From: Promethearchaeota archaeon
Lineage (GTDB): Archaea > Asgardarchaeota > Lokiarchaeia > Sigyniarchaeales > SOKP01
Direction of reading: 5' to 3'
Assembly (NCBI GenBank): GCA_048938005.1
Contig: JBHLMQ010000036.1
Coordinates: 1 to 31,827, forward strand
Length of the DNA stretch: 31,827 nt
Every line of letters begins with the position of its first letter. Position 1 is the stretch's first letter. The notes under the pieces are model-generated. The model did not search any database. It was not told the origin of the DNA and saw only the letters and a list, made by a program, of their open reading frames with translations. The translations under genes were made by a program, and so were the position numbers. This document shows, in pieces, positions 17,910-28,400 of the stretch.

Positions 17910-18241
17910 GAGACGCTTGAGATATATACCCACCCTTCTGTACTGATCCCGTTGCCAGGTATCAGGTGGAGCATCAAACTATGCGGCCTACCTAAAGCTA
18001 GCTCCAAGTACATTATCGCTTTCATTTGGCCTTGCACCAAGGTTTTAGCTCGTTCCAACCATTCCTTCCTACTATTTCTCTGGCTTATGTCCAAGTCATT
18101 AATATGCGTAAGAAGGCAGTGTCGTTTCAGTTGCTAAATTACGGTTCTCACCGTAGTAGTTATCTACACCTTGCTTGGAGAGTGGGGTGAGGTTCACTCA
18201 GCAGGTCAAGCCCACCGTCAGCTCCATATCTCACTCGTCTC
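17910..18241 (-). ncRNA. rnpB: RNase P RNA, archaeal type A
   Basis: GC-elevated 332-nt island that folds by hand. P1 GAGACG..UGAGAUAU/AUAUCUCA..CGUCUC; P2 GGAGC/GCUCC; P4 ACC(U)CACCC/GGGUGGGU with bulged U; P6 CUCCAAG/CUUGGAG; P7 CAAGG/CCUUG; P8 GUAG-AUAA-CUAC; P9 UACGGU-GAGA-ACCGUA; CR-II GCAACUGAAAC; CAAGGCCAAAU...GGUAGGCC (P15/L15); P19 with GCAA loop; CR-V ACAGAA. Confidence 0.96.
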
Positions 18242-18264
18242 GTTTTTTAAAGGAAAAATAAGAA

Positions 18265-18277
18265 TTTAAATTTTTGT
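18265..18277 (-). promoter_or_regulatory. Putative BRE/TATA promoter of RNase P RNA
   Basis: Minus strand reads ACAAAAA-TTTAAA, with the TATA element 24-29 nt upstream of the predicted 5' end. Confidence 0.5.
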
Positions 18278-18281
18278 CTAT

Positions 18282-19082
18282 TTATTTATTATTATTTTTA
18301 TCTAAAGCATAAGAAATAATATCACAATATTTTTGAAATCCTAATTTTCTATAAACTCGTTCTCCCAATGATGATGCTTGAAGTACTCCAACTCTATATC
18401 CCATATTGAAAGCATCAATTAATGCATCATGACTGATAGTTAAACCAAAACCCTTATTTCTATAGTTGGGTAATGTTGATACAGCATGGAGTCCCGCTAC
18501 TCCAGAAGAAAGATATAACATTAATGTTGAAACTGAGTTTCCTTCGAATTTACCTAAATAAAATTGAACTTGTTCTTGTAAGCATATAAATTTAAGAAAG
18601 TCAAAATCTACATTTAATCTAAAAACTAATGAGACAATTTTGGACCATTCGTTCAAGGATGTTTCATTATCTACTTTTTCAACTATTAAATCATTTCTAT
18701 CAAATGATTTACCCTTTAATTTTTTTAATTCAATTGCCATACCTGCTTGTTGATAGACATTAGAAAAACCGTTTTTTTCTAGGAGGTTGCCCAAATTTTT
18801 AGGTATCGTTAAAGGGCCAACTGTCCATCCATTAGGTGCTTTTCCTTTTCGAATTAACTCTTTAATATAATTTATTTCATTATCTATATTTAAATTTTTT
18901 AAATTTGCCCTAAAGATACAATTCGGCCAATCTACGCTCTTAGCAAAAACCCAGTTTATTTTATTTTCTATTCGAGAAGTGAAATTGGAATGTTCAGAAG
19001 ATTTGGTATAAAATTCATCGAGGTTTTTCTCAATATAATAATTTATTGACTTTTGAGATATTTTATAAAGGATCTTATTCAT
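18282..19082 (-). CDS. GNAT-family N-acetyltransferase
   Basis: C-terminal VSTLPNYRNKGFG (motif A) and LQASSLGERVYRKLGF (motif B). Confidence 0.92.
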   Translation of the reverse strand: MNKILYKISQKSINYYIEKNLDEFYTKSSEHSNFTSRIENKINWVFAKSVDWPNCIFRANLKNLNIDNEINYIKELIRKGKAPNGWTVGPLTIPKNLGNLLEKNGFSNVYQQAGMAIELKKLKGKSFDRNDLIVEKVDNETSLNEWSKIVSLVFRLNVDFDFLKFICLQEQVQFYLGKFEGNSVSTLMLYLSSGVAGLHAVSTLPNYRNKGFGLTISHDALIDAFNMGYRVGVLQASSLGERVYRKLGFQKYCDIISYALDKNNNK

Positions 19083-19274
19083 TAATTCATCCCATTAATA
19101 ATTTATTATAAAAATAATAAAAGAATTATAATTTAAAAAAAATTAATTTTCGGTTTTTACATTTTTGATTATTATTTTTAAAATATTTAAAATCTAATAA
19201 CATATTAACTAATCATAAATATTTTGAAAAAGAACTCTTTATTGATTATAAATTTGAAATTAGGAGATTTCAAA

Positions 19275-20645
19275 ATGAATAGCGATGAGATTTTAACTGT
19301 TTTAGAAGAAATTGTTGGCAAAGATTTTGCCTCAAATAAAGCCGAAGATCTTTACATCTATTCCCAAGATCCTGGAGCTTCTGAACCACGACCAGTTAAC
19401 TTTGTGGTAATGCCTAAAAGAGTCGAAGAAGTTCAGAAAATTGTAAAATTAGCAAATAAAGAAAAAATCCCACTTGTTCCTATGGGTGGTGGATTAACCT
19501 TAAGTGGTTTAGTAATTCCAATTAAAGGTGGAATTGTTATAGACATGAAACGAATGGATAAAATTATAGAAATAAACGAAACAAGTCGTTATGCTCTTAT
19601 TGAACCTGGAGTTACTACAGGTCGATTACTTGCACATCTAAATGAACATTATCCTGATTTACAACCACCAATTCCTGATGCGCCTCCTTCAGCTACGGTA
19701 ACAGGAAATGCCTTAATCCATGGATCAGGTTATCTATCCCAGAAATATGGTAATCATGGAAATATGATCAATGGATTAGAAGTAGTGTTACCAAATGGAG
19801 AAATCTGTAAATTGGGGTCTTGTGCCGTATCAGATTATTGGTTTACGAGAGGACCAATTCCTGATTTAATTGGTTTATTTATTAGTTCTTTTGGAACAAT
19901 GGGAATCATTACGAAATTATCATATAGATTATTTCCAAAACCTAAAATGCGAAATATGGTTTTTGGGATAATTAAAGATCCAAACATTATTCCAAGCCTG
20001 ATTTCTAAGATAACTTATACTGAAGTAGCAGAAGATATTCTTCTTGGCAAAGTAGATAAACCAGATTATTTAAAAGGATATGTCACTATCATGGTTTATA
20101 TTACAGGAGATTCAAAAGAAGAATTAGACTCTAAAATAAAGGATGTCAAACGATTATATCGTAAAAATGGCGCTCAACTTATGAAGTTACCTGAAAGGAT
20201 AATGAATATATTTCTAGAGAAACCTCAATTTGCTGCTGTTGCTGCTGATTATAGAAAAGGAGGCGGTTTTGAATATGTTGGTTCATTTTTACCCTTAGAA
20301 AAAACCCCTGAAGCAATTGAAAAAGCTACTGCGATTTCAAATAAATACAATATTGTTCCCACCATAACTTTAAGAATTATTGGAAAAGGTCATTGTGTAA
20401 TGTTCGCCCCCACATTTGCGTTTAATCGTGCAGATCCTGCTGATATACAAAATGCTCGGAATGCATTAGATGAGGCTAATAAACTTGTTTTAGAGTTGGG
20501 AGGGATCCCTTGGAAAGCTGAATTAGCAGGACAAAAACTCATCATTGAGAAAATGCATCCTAGTTATAAAAAACTACTTAAAACAATTCGAAACACTATA
20601 GATCCAAATGGAATAATGAATCCTGGAAATTGGGAGGTGAACTAA
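19275..20645 (+). CDS. FAD-binding oxidoreductase (GlcD/VAO-PCMH family)
   Basis: VVMP..VEEV, PMGGGLTLSG, IDMKRMDKI, EPGV, GLEVVLPNGE, GTMGIITK and DPNGIMNPG. Start moved to ATG 19275, which follows an AGGAG RBS. Confidence 0.93.
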   Translation: MNSDEILTVLEEIVGKDFASNKAEDLYIYSQDPGASEPRPVNFVVMPKRVEEVQKIVKLANKEKIPLVPMGGGLTLSGLVIPIKGGIVIDMKRMDKIIEINETSRYALIEPGVTTGRLLAHLNEHYPDLQPPIPDAPPSATVTGNALIHGSGYLSQKYGNHGNMINGLEVVLPNGEICKLGSCAVSDYWFTRGPIPDLIGLFISSFGTMGIITKLSYRLFPKPKMRNMVFGIIKDPNIIPSLISKITYTEVAEDILLGKVDKPDYLKGYVTIMVYITGDSKEELDSKIKDVKRLYRKNGAQLMKLPERIMNIFLEKPQFAAVAADYRKGGGFEYVGSFLPLEKTPEAIEKATAISNKYNIVPTITLRIIGKGHCVMFAPTFAFNRADPADIQNARNALDEANKLVLELGGIPWKAELAGQKLIIEKMHPSYKKLLKTIRNTIDPNGIMNPGNWEVN

Positions 20646-20647
20646 AT

Positions 20648-21820
20648 ATGAGTTTAGAAGTAAGGCAAGATTGGAAAGATATTGTTCATAGATGTTTTAG
20701 ATGCGGTTATTGTAAATTTACTCATACTTATTCTGATTTTAACTGTCCAAGCTATAAAAAATTTAGATTTGAGACTTATAGTACTGGAGGTAGATTGTGG
20801 CTTATATATAGTATTATTAATGGAGATCTTAAATGGAGTCCGAATTTGGCAAATGTATTATATGCTTGTTCTACATGTGGAAATTGCGTAGAAAATTGTA
20901 GATTTGTAAAATTTAATGATTTTCTTGTTGATATAATTGAAGCAGCTCGAGCCGAAGCTGTGAAAAATGGATTCTGTCCTGAAAATCAAAAGGTTTTATT
21001 AGAACGTACTAAAAATACAGAAAATTATAATCCATACGGTGAAAAAAATTCTGATAATCAAGAATTAAAAAAGAAATATGATTTACCAGATAAAGCAGAG
21101 TGGGTATACTATATAGGATGCACATCAAATTATCGTCAACAAAACCTCCGAGATTCAACAATAAGATTTCTCAAAAAAGCAGGTATAGAATTTACTTTAA
21201 TAGATGAACATTGTTGTTGTAGTCCTATAATCCGAACAGGTCAAATTGATCCTGTAGAAGATTTTATGAATTATAATATCGCTCAAATTAAAAATACAGG
21301 AGCAACTAAAGTAATAACGTCTTGTGCCGGGTGCTATCGCACATTAAAGAAAGACTGGATCAAATTTGGTGCTACTTATGATTTTGAGGTATATCACACT
21401 GTTGAATTAGTTAAACAGCTTTTAGATGAAGATCGATTAAAAATTAAATCTGAATATAAAAATACAGTAACTTATCATGATCCTTGTCATTTAGGGCGCC
21501 ATGTGGGGATGTATGAGATCCCTAGAGAAGTTTATAATGAAATTCCTGGAATTAAATTAGTAGAGATGCGACGAAATAGAGAAAACGCATGGTGTTGTGG
21601 TGCTGGTGGAGGGGTAAAGATTGGTTATCCAGAATGGTCAGTAGAAGTCTCACAAGAAAGGTTAGAAGAAGCTAAAGAAACAGGTGCATCTGTAATATCC
21701 TCAATATGTCCATTCTGTAGAACAAACTTATCAGATGCAAACAAAAAGTATAATATGGATTTTGAAGTAATAGATTTGATAGAGATTTTAGATAAACTAG
21801 ATATTGATATAAACAAATAG
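20648..21820 (+). CDS. (Fe-S)-binding protein, GlcF/HdrD-like (4Fe-4S dicluster plus two CCG domains)
   Basis: CFRCGYC..CP, CSTCGNCVENC, YIGC, CCC, CAGC, YHDPCHLGR, CCGAGGG and CPFC. ATG 20648 follows GGAGGTGA (20633-20640). Confidence 0.93.
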   Translation: MSLEVRQDWKDIVHRCFRCGYCKFTHTYSDFNCPSYKKFRFETYSTGGRLWLIYSIINGDLKWSPNLANVLYACSTCGNCVENCRFVKFNDFLVDIIEAARAEAVKNGFCPENQKVLLERTKNTENYNPYGEKNSDNQELKKKYDLPDKAEWVYYIGCTSNYRQQNLRDSTIRFLKKAGIEFTLIDEHCCCSPIIRTGQIDPVEDFMNYNIAQIKNTGATKVITSCAGCYRTLKKDWIKFGATYDFEVYHTVELVKQLLDEDRLKIKSEYKNTVTYHDPCHLGRHVGMYEIPREVYNEIPGIKLVEMRRNRENAWCCGAGGGVKIGYPEWSVEVSQERLEEAKETGASVISSICPFCRTNLSDANKKYNMDFEVIDLIEILDKLDIDINK

Positions 21821-21859
21821 AAAAAAAAAATAAATATTTGATTTTAATTTTTTTACTTT

Positions 21860-22873
21860 TTAATAATTCAATTTTTCACCTAGTGCCATACGAGCTAAAT
21901 CACTTAGCAGATAATTCTTTAATCCATTTCTCTCTACTTTTGCTCCTAACACTTCTTTACACATGGGGCAATTATATACACAAACTTCAGCTCCATGATC
22001 AACCATATCTTTAACATTTTTATTTTGCGTTGGTCTTGCCAAATTGCTTTTACCTATCCAGCTAAATGCTCCCGCACAACATAATGCATTTTCTCGATCA
22101 TATTCTCTTGCCACCCGTTCTACTCCTATTAATTCACAAATTTTGTCAACCCATTTATCAGTTTCTGGTATAAATCTATTGGAACAATTTCTTTGATATG
22201 CAATCTTCATATTAAGCTTGATTAATTCTGATTCATGCTCCTTAAGATAATTATAGACATATTCAAAGAGATGAATGGGTTTAAAAGGCACATCAATATT
22301 ATTTCTTTGACAATAAGATGTCCATAATCCATAACATTCATCATGCCAACAAATTAATTCTTTTACGCCATGTTTCTTAATATTCTCCATTATGATTGGG
22401 AGTCTTTCTCTAATTACTGAATCCTTAGCCAAGTGATGATATTGTAAATTGCAAAAAAAAGCACGACCACTTAAATATTGTAAATTTTCAAACATTTGTC
22501 CCTTCATTTCTTCAGGATTTAAGGTTGAAAACGTACATTTATGAAAAACTGGTTTATCTGGGTCTATTTCCTTTAATCTCAACTCATAAGGAGGTTTAAA
22601 CCTATCAATTGTAGTTTTTAGTGTATTAGGATCAATATCAAGACTATTATGTTTTTCTTGTAATTCTGTTATTAAATCGAATGGATGTGAACTATACGGA
22701 CAATACTCATCGCATGCATAGCAAGTAACGCATTCCTTTAAGACGAATGAATCCTCTCCGCTAATCATTTTTTCCATTTCAATTCTCGCTGTCTCTTGAT
22801 CAATATCCATCCATTGACATCGAGTTAAACAGTCAACATTTTCACACTCAGAACAATGAGATTTATCAAACAT
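21860..22873 (-). CDS. (Fe-S)-binding protein with ferredoxin-like N-terminus and CCG-type domains
   Basis: CSEC...CLTRC, CVTCYACDEYCP, FCN, HDECY, YQRNC, CCAG and CPMC. Confidence 0.88.
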   Translation of the reverse strand: MFDKSHCSECENVDCLTRCQWMDIDQETARIEMEKMISGEDSFVLKECVTCYACDEYCPYSSHPFDLITELQEKHNSLDIDPNTLKTTIDRFKPPYELRLKEIDPDKPVFHKCTFSTLNPEEMKGQMFENLQYLSGRAFFCNLQYHHLAKDSVIRERLPIIMENIKKHGVKELICWHDECYGLWTSYCQRNNIDVPFKPIHLFEYVYNYLKEHESELIKLNMKIAYQRNCSNRFIPETDKWVDKICELIGVERVAREYDRENALCCAGAFSWIGKSNLARPTQNKNVKDMVDHGAEVCVYNCPMCKEVLGAKVERNGLKNYLLSDLARMALGEKLNY

Positions 22874-23102
22874 ATTTCTGTCAGTTTTGATTTTTAATTT
22901 AAAATCTATAAATTGTATAATTTATTATTCAAAAATTTAGAAGATATTTTTAATTTTGTGAAAGTAAGCTTTATAAAATTGTACAAGATTCCTAAAACAA
23001 ACTTAAAGAATTCTATCTTAGGATAAGGGAAATAAATTAAAAATTAAATAGAAATTTAAAAAAAAGAAAAAATTTTTACTTTTTGAATTTGGTGATATTA
23101 AG

Positions 23103-25205
23103 CTAGAATATGAGTAATCCAAGTCCACTATTGAAAATAGGAAGTAAAAGTAATCCCATAAAGATTGAAGCAGTAAGAGACATAACAACTAATAAAGTAT
23201 TTATGCTTGGTCCAGCGGTATCTTTGAAAGGATCCCCAACGGTGTCTCCTGTAATAGATGCTTTGTGAACCTTCGTACCCTTTCCTCCCAGGTTACCTTC
23301 TTCTATCCATTTCTTAGCGTTATCCCAGGCTCCACCTGCATTAGCCATCATTACAGCGAAGACAAATCCGGATAAGATTGCTCCTGTTAAGAAAGCTCCT
23401 AAAGCAGCGACTCCAAATAAAACACCTACAACAATAGGTATAACAATCGAAATTACACTCGGTAAAATCAATTCTTTCAATGAACCTTTTGTAGCAATAT
23501 CAATTGTTCTACTAAAATCTGCTGCTTCTTCACCTGATAGAATTTTCGGATTAGATTCAAATTGTCGCCTTATTTCATCCACCATCTTTGCTGCGTTTCT
23601 TTGAACTGCCAGTATTAAAAGTGCTGAAAAGAGTGCTGGAACTACTACACCTATGAATGCTCCAATTAAGACTTTAGGAAATAATAAAGATATATCCGTT
23701 ACTGCAATCCCCGCTTCTGTTGCAAATGAGAATAATAATGCTAATACTGTCAAATTAGCAGCTCCAATTGCAAATCCTTTAGTAATTGCCTTAGCAGTAT
23801 TTCCTGCAGAATCTAATCTATCAGCAGTACGGATAATATCATCGCCTAATTCTCCTTGCTCGGCTATAGCCCTAGCATTGTCAACTATGGGACCGTAAGC
23901 ATCATTAGAGACTATGGTTCCAACAATAGATAACATTCCTACAGCGGCCATTGCTACACCTAAGAATCCGTCAAAAGCATATGCAACAGCCATAGCAACT
24001 ACAATTCCTATCGCTGGCGGAACAACGCTCATCAATCCATAGGAGAACCCTGAAAGAATAACAACAGCATGTCCTTCTTGTGCCGCATGAGCCATATTAC
24101 GTGTTGGTTTTCTATCATCTCTCGTAAAGTAATCACTAGTAAAACCGATAATTAAACCACTTGCTAAACCTAATAGGACAGCAAAATAATTCAACCATAT
24201 TTTTCCATAATAACTTGGATCCAGCAATGGATCTAATGTCATTAAGAAAGCGAAAAGCGCCCCTAATCCCGCAAAAATAAGTGTAGCAAGGTATGTGCCT
24301 AAATTTAAAGATTTTCCGGGATCCTCAGAACCTTTCCACTTGATAAGAAAAATTCCTATGAGGGATGCTATTAATCCAACTCCTGATAGTACTATTGGAT
24401 AAATAACAAATGATCCTGAAACATCTAAAGTAACTAAAGCTGCTGCTAAAATCATTGCGGCAACAATTGATGCTACATATGAGTCAAATAAATCACTACC
24501 CATTCCAGCAATATCACCAACGTTATCACCAACATTATCGGCAATCGTTGCGGGATTTCGTGGATCATCTTCTGGAAGATCATATTCTGCCTTTCCTACG
24601 AGATCTGCTCCTACATCAGCTGTTTTAGTGTAAATTCCACCCCCACATTTCATAAAGAGGGCAATACTGCTTGCACCGAAGCTAAAACCTAATACAACTA
24701 AAGGTGTTTGAAAGATCCAATAAATAATTGACACTCCGATTAATGCTACACCCACAACAGCCAATCCCATAACTGAACCTCCAAAGAATGCTATATCAAA
24801 TCCTTTTTTGGTTCCTATGGTGCAACCTTGTGCTGCTCTAGTATTAGCTTTAACACCTACATACATGCCCAACCAACCAGCTAACATAGAACCAACAGAA
24901 CCAATTACATATGCTAAAGCTTGTTCCCAATTAAGTATTCCACTCGTAATGGGAACGGTAAATCCTGTCATTTCAGAAGGTAAAAATAATAACATTACAA
25001 CAAAAAGCGCAGCGACAAAAATTCCAAGAATTTTGTATTGGACTTTGAGGTAAGTTGTCGCCCCGGTCTCAATATAAGAGGCCACCTCCTGCATTCTTTC
25101 ATTCCCCGGATCTTCTTTTAAAACCAGAGATCTAAAATACATTGCCATTGCTATTGAGATTATCCCTGCTATTAATGCGACAATTAAAATTATTGGTACA
25201 GCCAT
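23103..25205 (-). CDS. hppA: Membrane-bound ion-translocating pyrophosphatase, K+-independent signature
   Basis: GGGIYTKTADVGADLVGK, EDDPRNP, DNVGDNVGD, DAYGPIVDNA, GNTAKAITKG, GGAWDNAKK and GDTVGDPFKDTAGP; many TM helices. Confidence 0.96.
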   Translation of the reverse strand: MAVPIILIVALIAGIISIAMAMYFRSLVLKEDPGNERMQEVASYIETGATTYLKVQYKILGIFVAALFVVMLLFLPSEMTGFTVPITSGILNWEQALAYVIGSVGSMLAGWLGMYVGVKANTRAAQGCTIGTKKGFDIAFFGGSVMGLAVVGVALIGVSIIYWIFQTPLVVLGFSFGASSIALFMKCGGGIYTKTADVGADLVGKAEYDLPEDDPRNPATIADNVGDNVGDIAGMGSDLFDSYVASIVAAMILAAALVTLDVSGSFVIYPIVLSGVGLIASLIGIFLIKWKGSEDPGKSLNLGTYLATLIFAGLGALFAFLMTLDPLLDPSYYGKIWLNYFAVLLGLASGLIIGFTSDYFTRDDRKPTRNMAHAAQEGHAVVILSGFSYGLMSVVPPAIGIVVAMAVAYAFDGFLGVAMAAVGMLSIVGTIVSNDAYGPIVDNARAIAEQGELGDDIIRTADRLDSAGNTAKAITKGFAIGAANLTVLALLFSFATEAGIAVTDISLLFPKVLIGAFIGVVVPALFSALLILAVQRNAAKMVDEIRRQFESNPKILSGEEAADFSRTIDIATKGSLKELILPSVISIVIPIVVGVLFGVAALGAFLTGAILSGFVFAVMMANAGGAWDNAKKWIEEGNLGGKGTKVHKASITGDTVGDPFKDTAGPSINTLLVVMSLTASIFMGLLLLPIFNSGLGLLIF

Positions 25206-25337
25206 AATTTTTCACTTGATTATCGTTATCTTAAATCTTTTTTATAAAATTTTTATGTTAATATATTAAAAAGATATCACACAAAATTTCCTAAATCATT
25301 AAAACATTTTGAATTTAAGAGAAATTAATTTTCTATG

Positions 25338-25406
25338 AAAAAGTAAAACATTATAAATTGAGCTGACTGTTTATTAATCATCTTATTAGACGAATAAGGT
25401 CGAAAT
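25338..25406 (+). promoter_or_regulatory. Conserved upstream element, copy 1 (BRE/TATA plus downstream box)
   Basis: AAAAAGTAAAACATTATAAATTGAGCTGACTGTTTATTAATCAT...TATTAGACGAATAAGGTCGAAAT; repeated at 29330-29409. Confidence 0.7.
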
Positions 25407-25437
25407 TTAGTAAATATAAACCCAAGTTCGATAATAA

Positions 25438-28400
25438 ATGTCTTTATTGAATGAAAGTGGACTCAGCTTATTAGAAAAAGCTCGAGAACACAGAAAGGAA
25501 TATAACTGGTTGGAAGCAGTGAGGTTTTTTGATCAAGCTGTGGATTATTATATTGATAAAAAAGATCCAGAAAAAGTATTGGAGATTTGTGTGGAACTTT
25601 TCGTTTATGGTAATTTTTACTTCGCTACTGTTTCAACAACTAAACAACTTATAGCAGTTTTTAGTTTAGAACTTAAAATCTTTGAAAAATGCGAATCTTT
25701 CTATAAGCAGTTAGGGAAGAAAGCTGAAGAATTGGAATGCACAGCAATTAAATTGCTATTTAATATATCCAGCCAAATTCCTATAGTTGAAGCGGATAAA
25801 ATGATTGACAAATCAATTGAGATCTATAATAAACTAAATGAAATTTATAAGGAAGAAAAAAAAGAAGAAGTTATTGTTAGAATTGCGCTAGGGAAAATTG
25901 GGGCAATGCATATAAAAACAATGTTTGACCCTAATCCTCAAGAAATTAAAAATTTCTCTCAAAAATATATTGAACTTTTTGAAAAAGGATGGGAAATCTC
26001 AAGAGACATTAGAAATGTGAATTACTTAATTTATTTCTTATATTTTATGACATATTGGTTTATCAACAACCAATATGGATTTTTTTCTTATGATAAGCAT
26101 ATTCAAGCAAGAAGACATAGAGATCTAATAGTAAAATGTGAAGAAGCTTTAAGGATCATTGATGACACTAATTATGAGGATATATTATTCCTTGGAGTTT
26201 TACATAGTCTAATCGGTATTTTATACTCTGAATATGCTTTCAAAATTTGTGAGAATGACATAGAACAAAGAAAATATTTTGATAAAGGGATGAATTTTTT
26301 AGAGATTAGCTTAGATAATACAAGAAAGACAAAAGACAAAAATACTTTAATGTATGCAATTGGTGGATTGTCCAGGTATGCCTTGCTTAGCGGCAAGATA
26401 ATGTATCTCCAAAATAGAATTACTAAAGACCTTCAAGATAGTGAAAGAGCGGGAAAGATATTTGTGGAATACTTTGAACAAAAAAGTTCTTTAGGAATAA
26501 TTATTGCCGCGATTCTTTTTCAGCTATATTATTTACCAAGTTTATATTATTCTAATACTGCTCTGATGAGCTTTTTTACATCATTCCAAAGAATATCGTA
26601 TGCTAAGAAAGCGATTGATTATAGCTTAAAAAATCTAAAAATGATTCCTATATTGGATAAATATTCATATCTAGCTCTTACTGTTTCTTATGCAGTCTTA
26701 GCGAAGTTAACCTCATCAAAGGAGGAACAGAATCAGTATATCGAAAAAATGCTTAATTACGCAAAAGTAGCAAATAAATTAGGAGAAAAGTATGAAGGAG
26801 GACAGGTTCGGACATTTGGATATGGATCTTTATACAGAGCATATAAAACTATAGCAGACATCGCAGAAAATGAAGAAAAGAAAATTATAATGCTGACATC
26901 TGCAATAGATTCAGCAGAAAAATATATGGATTATGCAACGGAATCTCGGGCAGGTGTTATAGCAGCCCTAATGCGGTTAGGGCTTCTTTATGAAGAACTT
27001 GGTATTTTAACTAAAGATAATCATAAATTATTGAATTCAAAAGAAAAATTGCTTGAAGCAATTAGAGGTAGCTTGGAAAGAGGATATTATTCTTACGCAG
27101 GTACTACCTATGAGTATGTTGCGCGTATAGAGGATCGATTAGGAAATCATACAGCTTCAGCAGAATATTATCTAAATGTTCAAGAAAATCACGAGAAGTC
27201 ATTGGAAAGCATTGAATATAGGTTACTTAAAAAAAGAATTACAGAAAAGATAGATTATGCTCATGCCTGGAACCTGATTGAGAAAGCTAAAGCACATCAT
27301 AGAAATGAAAATCATTTAAAAGCAAAGGAAAGTTATGAAAAATCTAGTGAAATTTTACAAAAAATCCCAAGGTATTCTTTTGAAGGATCTTATAATGCCG
27401 CTTGGGCCTTATTAGAAGAAGCAGAACTATTAAGTAAACAGGAAAGACAAAAAGAAGCTATAAATCAGTATAAATTAACAATACAAGCTTTCGAAGAAGC
27501 TATAATAATACTTGAAAATGCATTAGAAAAAGCTGAAGGGCAACCCGAAAGGGAACGAATAGATAAACTTCAGAAGGTCGCAAAAGTAAGAATAAGTTAT
27601 TGTAACGCCAGAATTAATTTAGAAGAAGCTAGAATCTTAGGGAAAACGGGGGATCATTCAACAGCTTCAGAAAAATTTGCTATTGCAGCATCGGTTTTTA
27701 GAGGTGTCTGTACAAGATATAAGTTAGAAAGAGAAAGAAAGGAGCTTGAAGCAATATATTATCTTTGTCGAGCATGGGAGAGTATGGAACTTGCTGAAAA
27801 ATTTGAAGAACCAGAAAGGTTTGAATATTCTGCAAATCTATTTACAAAAGCTAGTAACCTCTTTATTGATACAAAATTAAAGTTATTAGCTTTAGGTAAT
27901 TCAGCATTTTGTCAAGCTCTTGAGTTGAGTTGTAAATTTGATCAATCAATGAATATTAGGATAAAAACAGAATTATATCCTAAAGTGAAGTTGATGCTAA
28001 GTAACGCAGCTTCCTCTTATGGCAAAAGCGGTTTTGAGAATGTAGCAGATTGGGCTTTAGCTACTTCGATCTATTTTGATGCTGCTTGGCACTTAATTCA
28101 AGCTGACAAAGAACTGGATATAAATGAAAAAGGAAGGTTATTGGGTATTGGATCAAATTATTTAAAGTCAGCTTTAGAATTATTTAATAAAGCGGGTTAT
28201 AAAAATAAAGTTGTTGAGGTTCAAGACAGATTAAACAGAGTAGAGAAGGAAGAATCCATTCTTTTTTCCGCTTTAAATACTATAAAAGAACCATCAATCT
28301 CTCGAAGTACTATAGGTATAGTTGCTCCTTCTTGCCCTATCGAAAGCAGCCAATCGCCCAGACTAGGGGAAGCTCGTCAGTTCACTGAGGAGGAACTTCG

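Noticed and set aside
16979-18137. ORFs 16979-17287, 17611-17880, 17891-18094 and 17952-18137
   Set aside because: Antisense to the methyltransferase or overlapping the RNase P RNA.
17910-18241. SRP RNA or MITE (terminal inverted repeats GAGACG/CGTCTC)
   Set aside because: No SRP helix-8 motif; the terminal complementarity is P1 and all RNase P conserved regions are present.
19224-20647. Upstream TTG starts at 19224 and 20630
   Set aside because: Downstream ATGs (19275, 20648) have well-placed RBSs and avoid overlap.
20682-25053. ORFs 20682-20891, 21625-21816, 23653-23898 and 24808-25053
   Set aside because: Alternate-frame or antisense shadows of the Fe-S protein and the pyrophosphatase.
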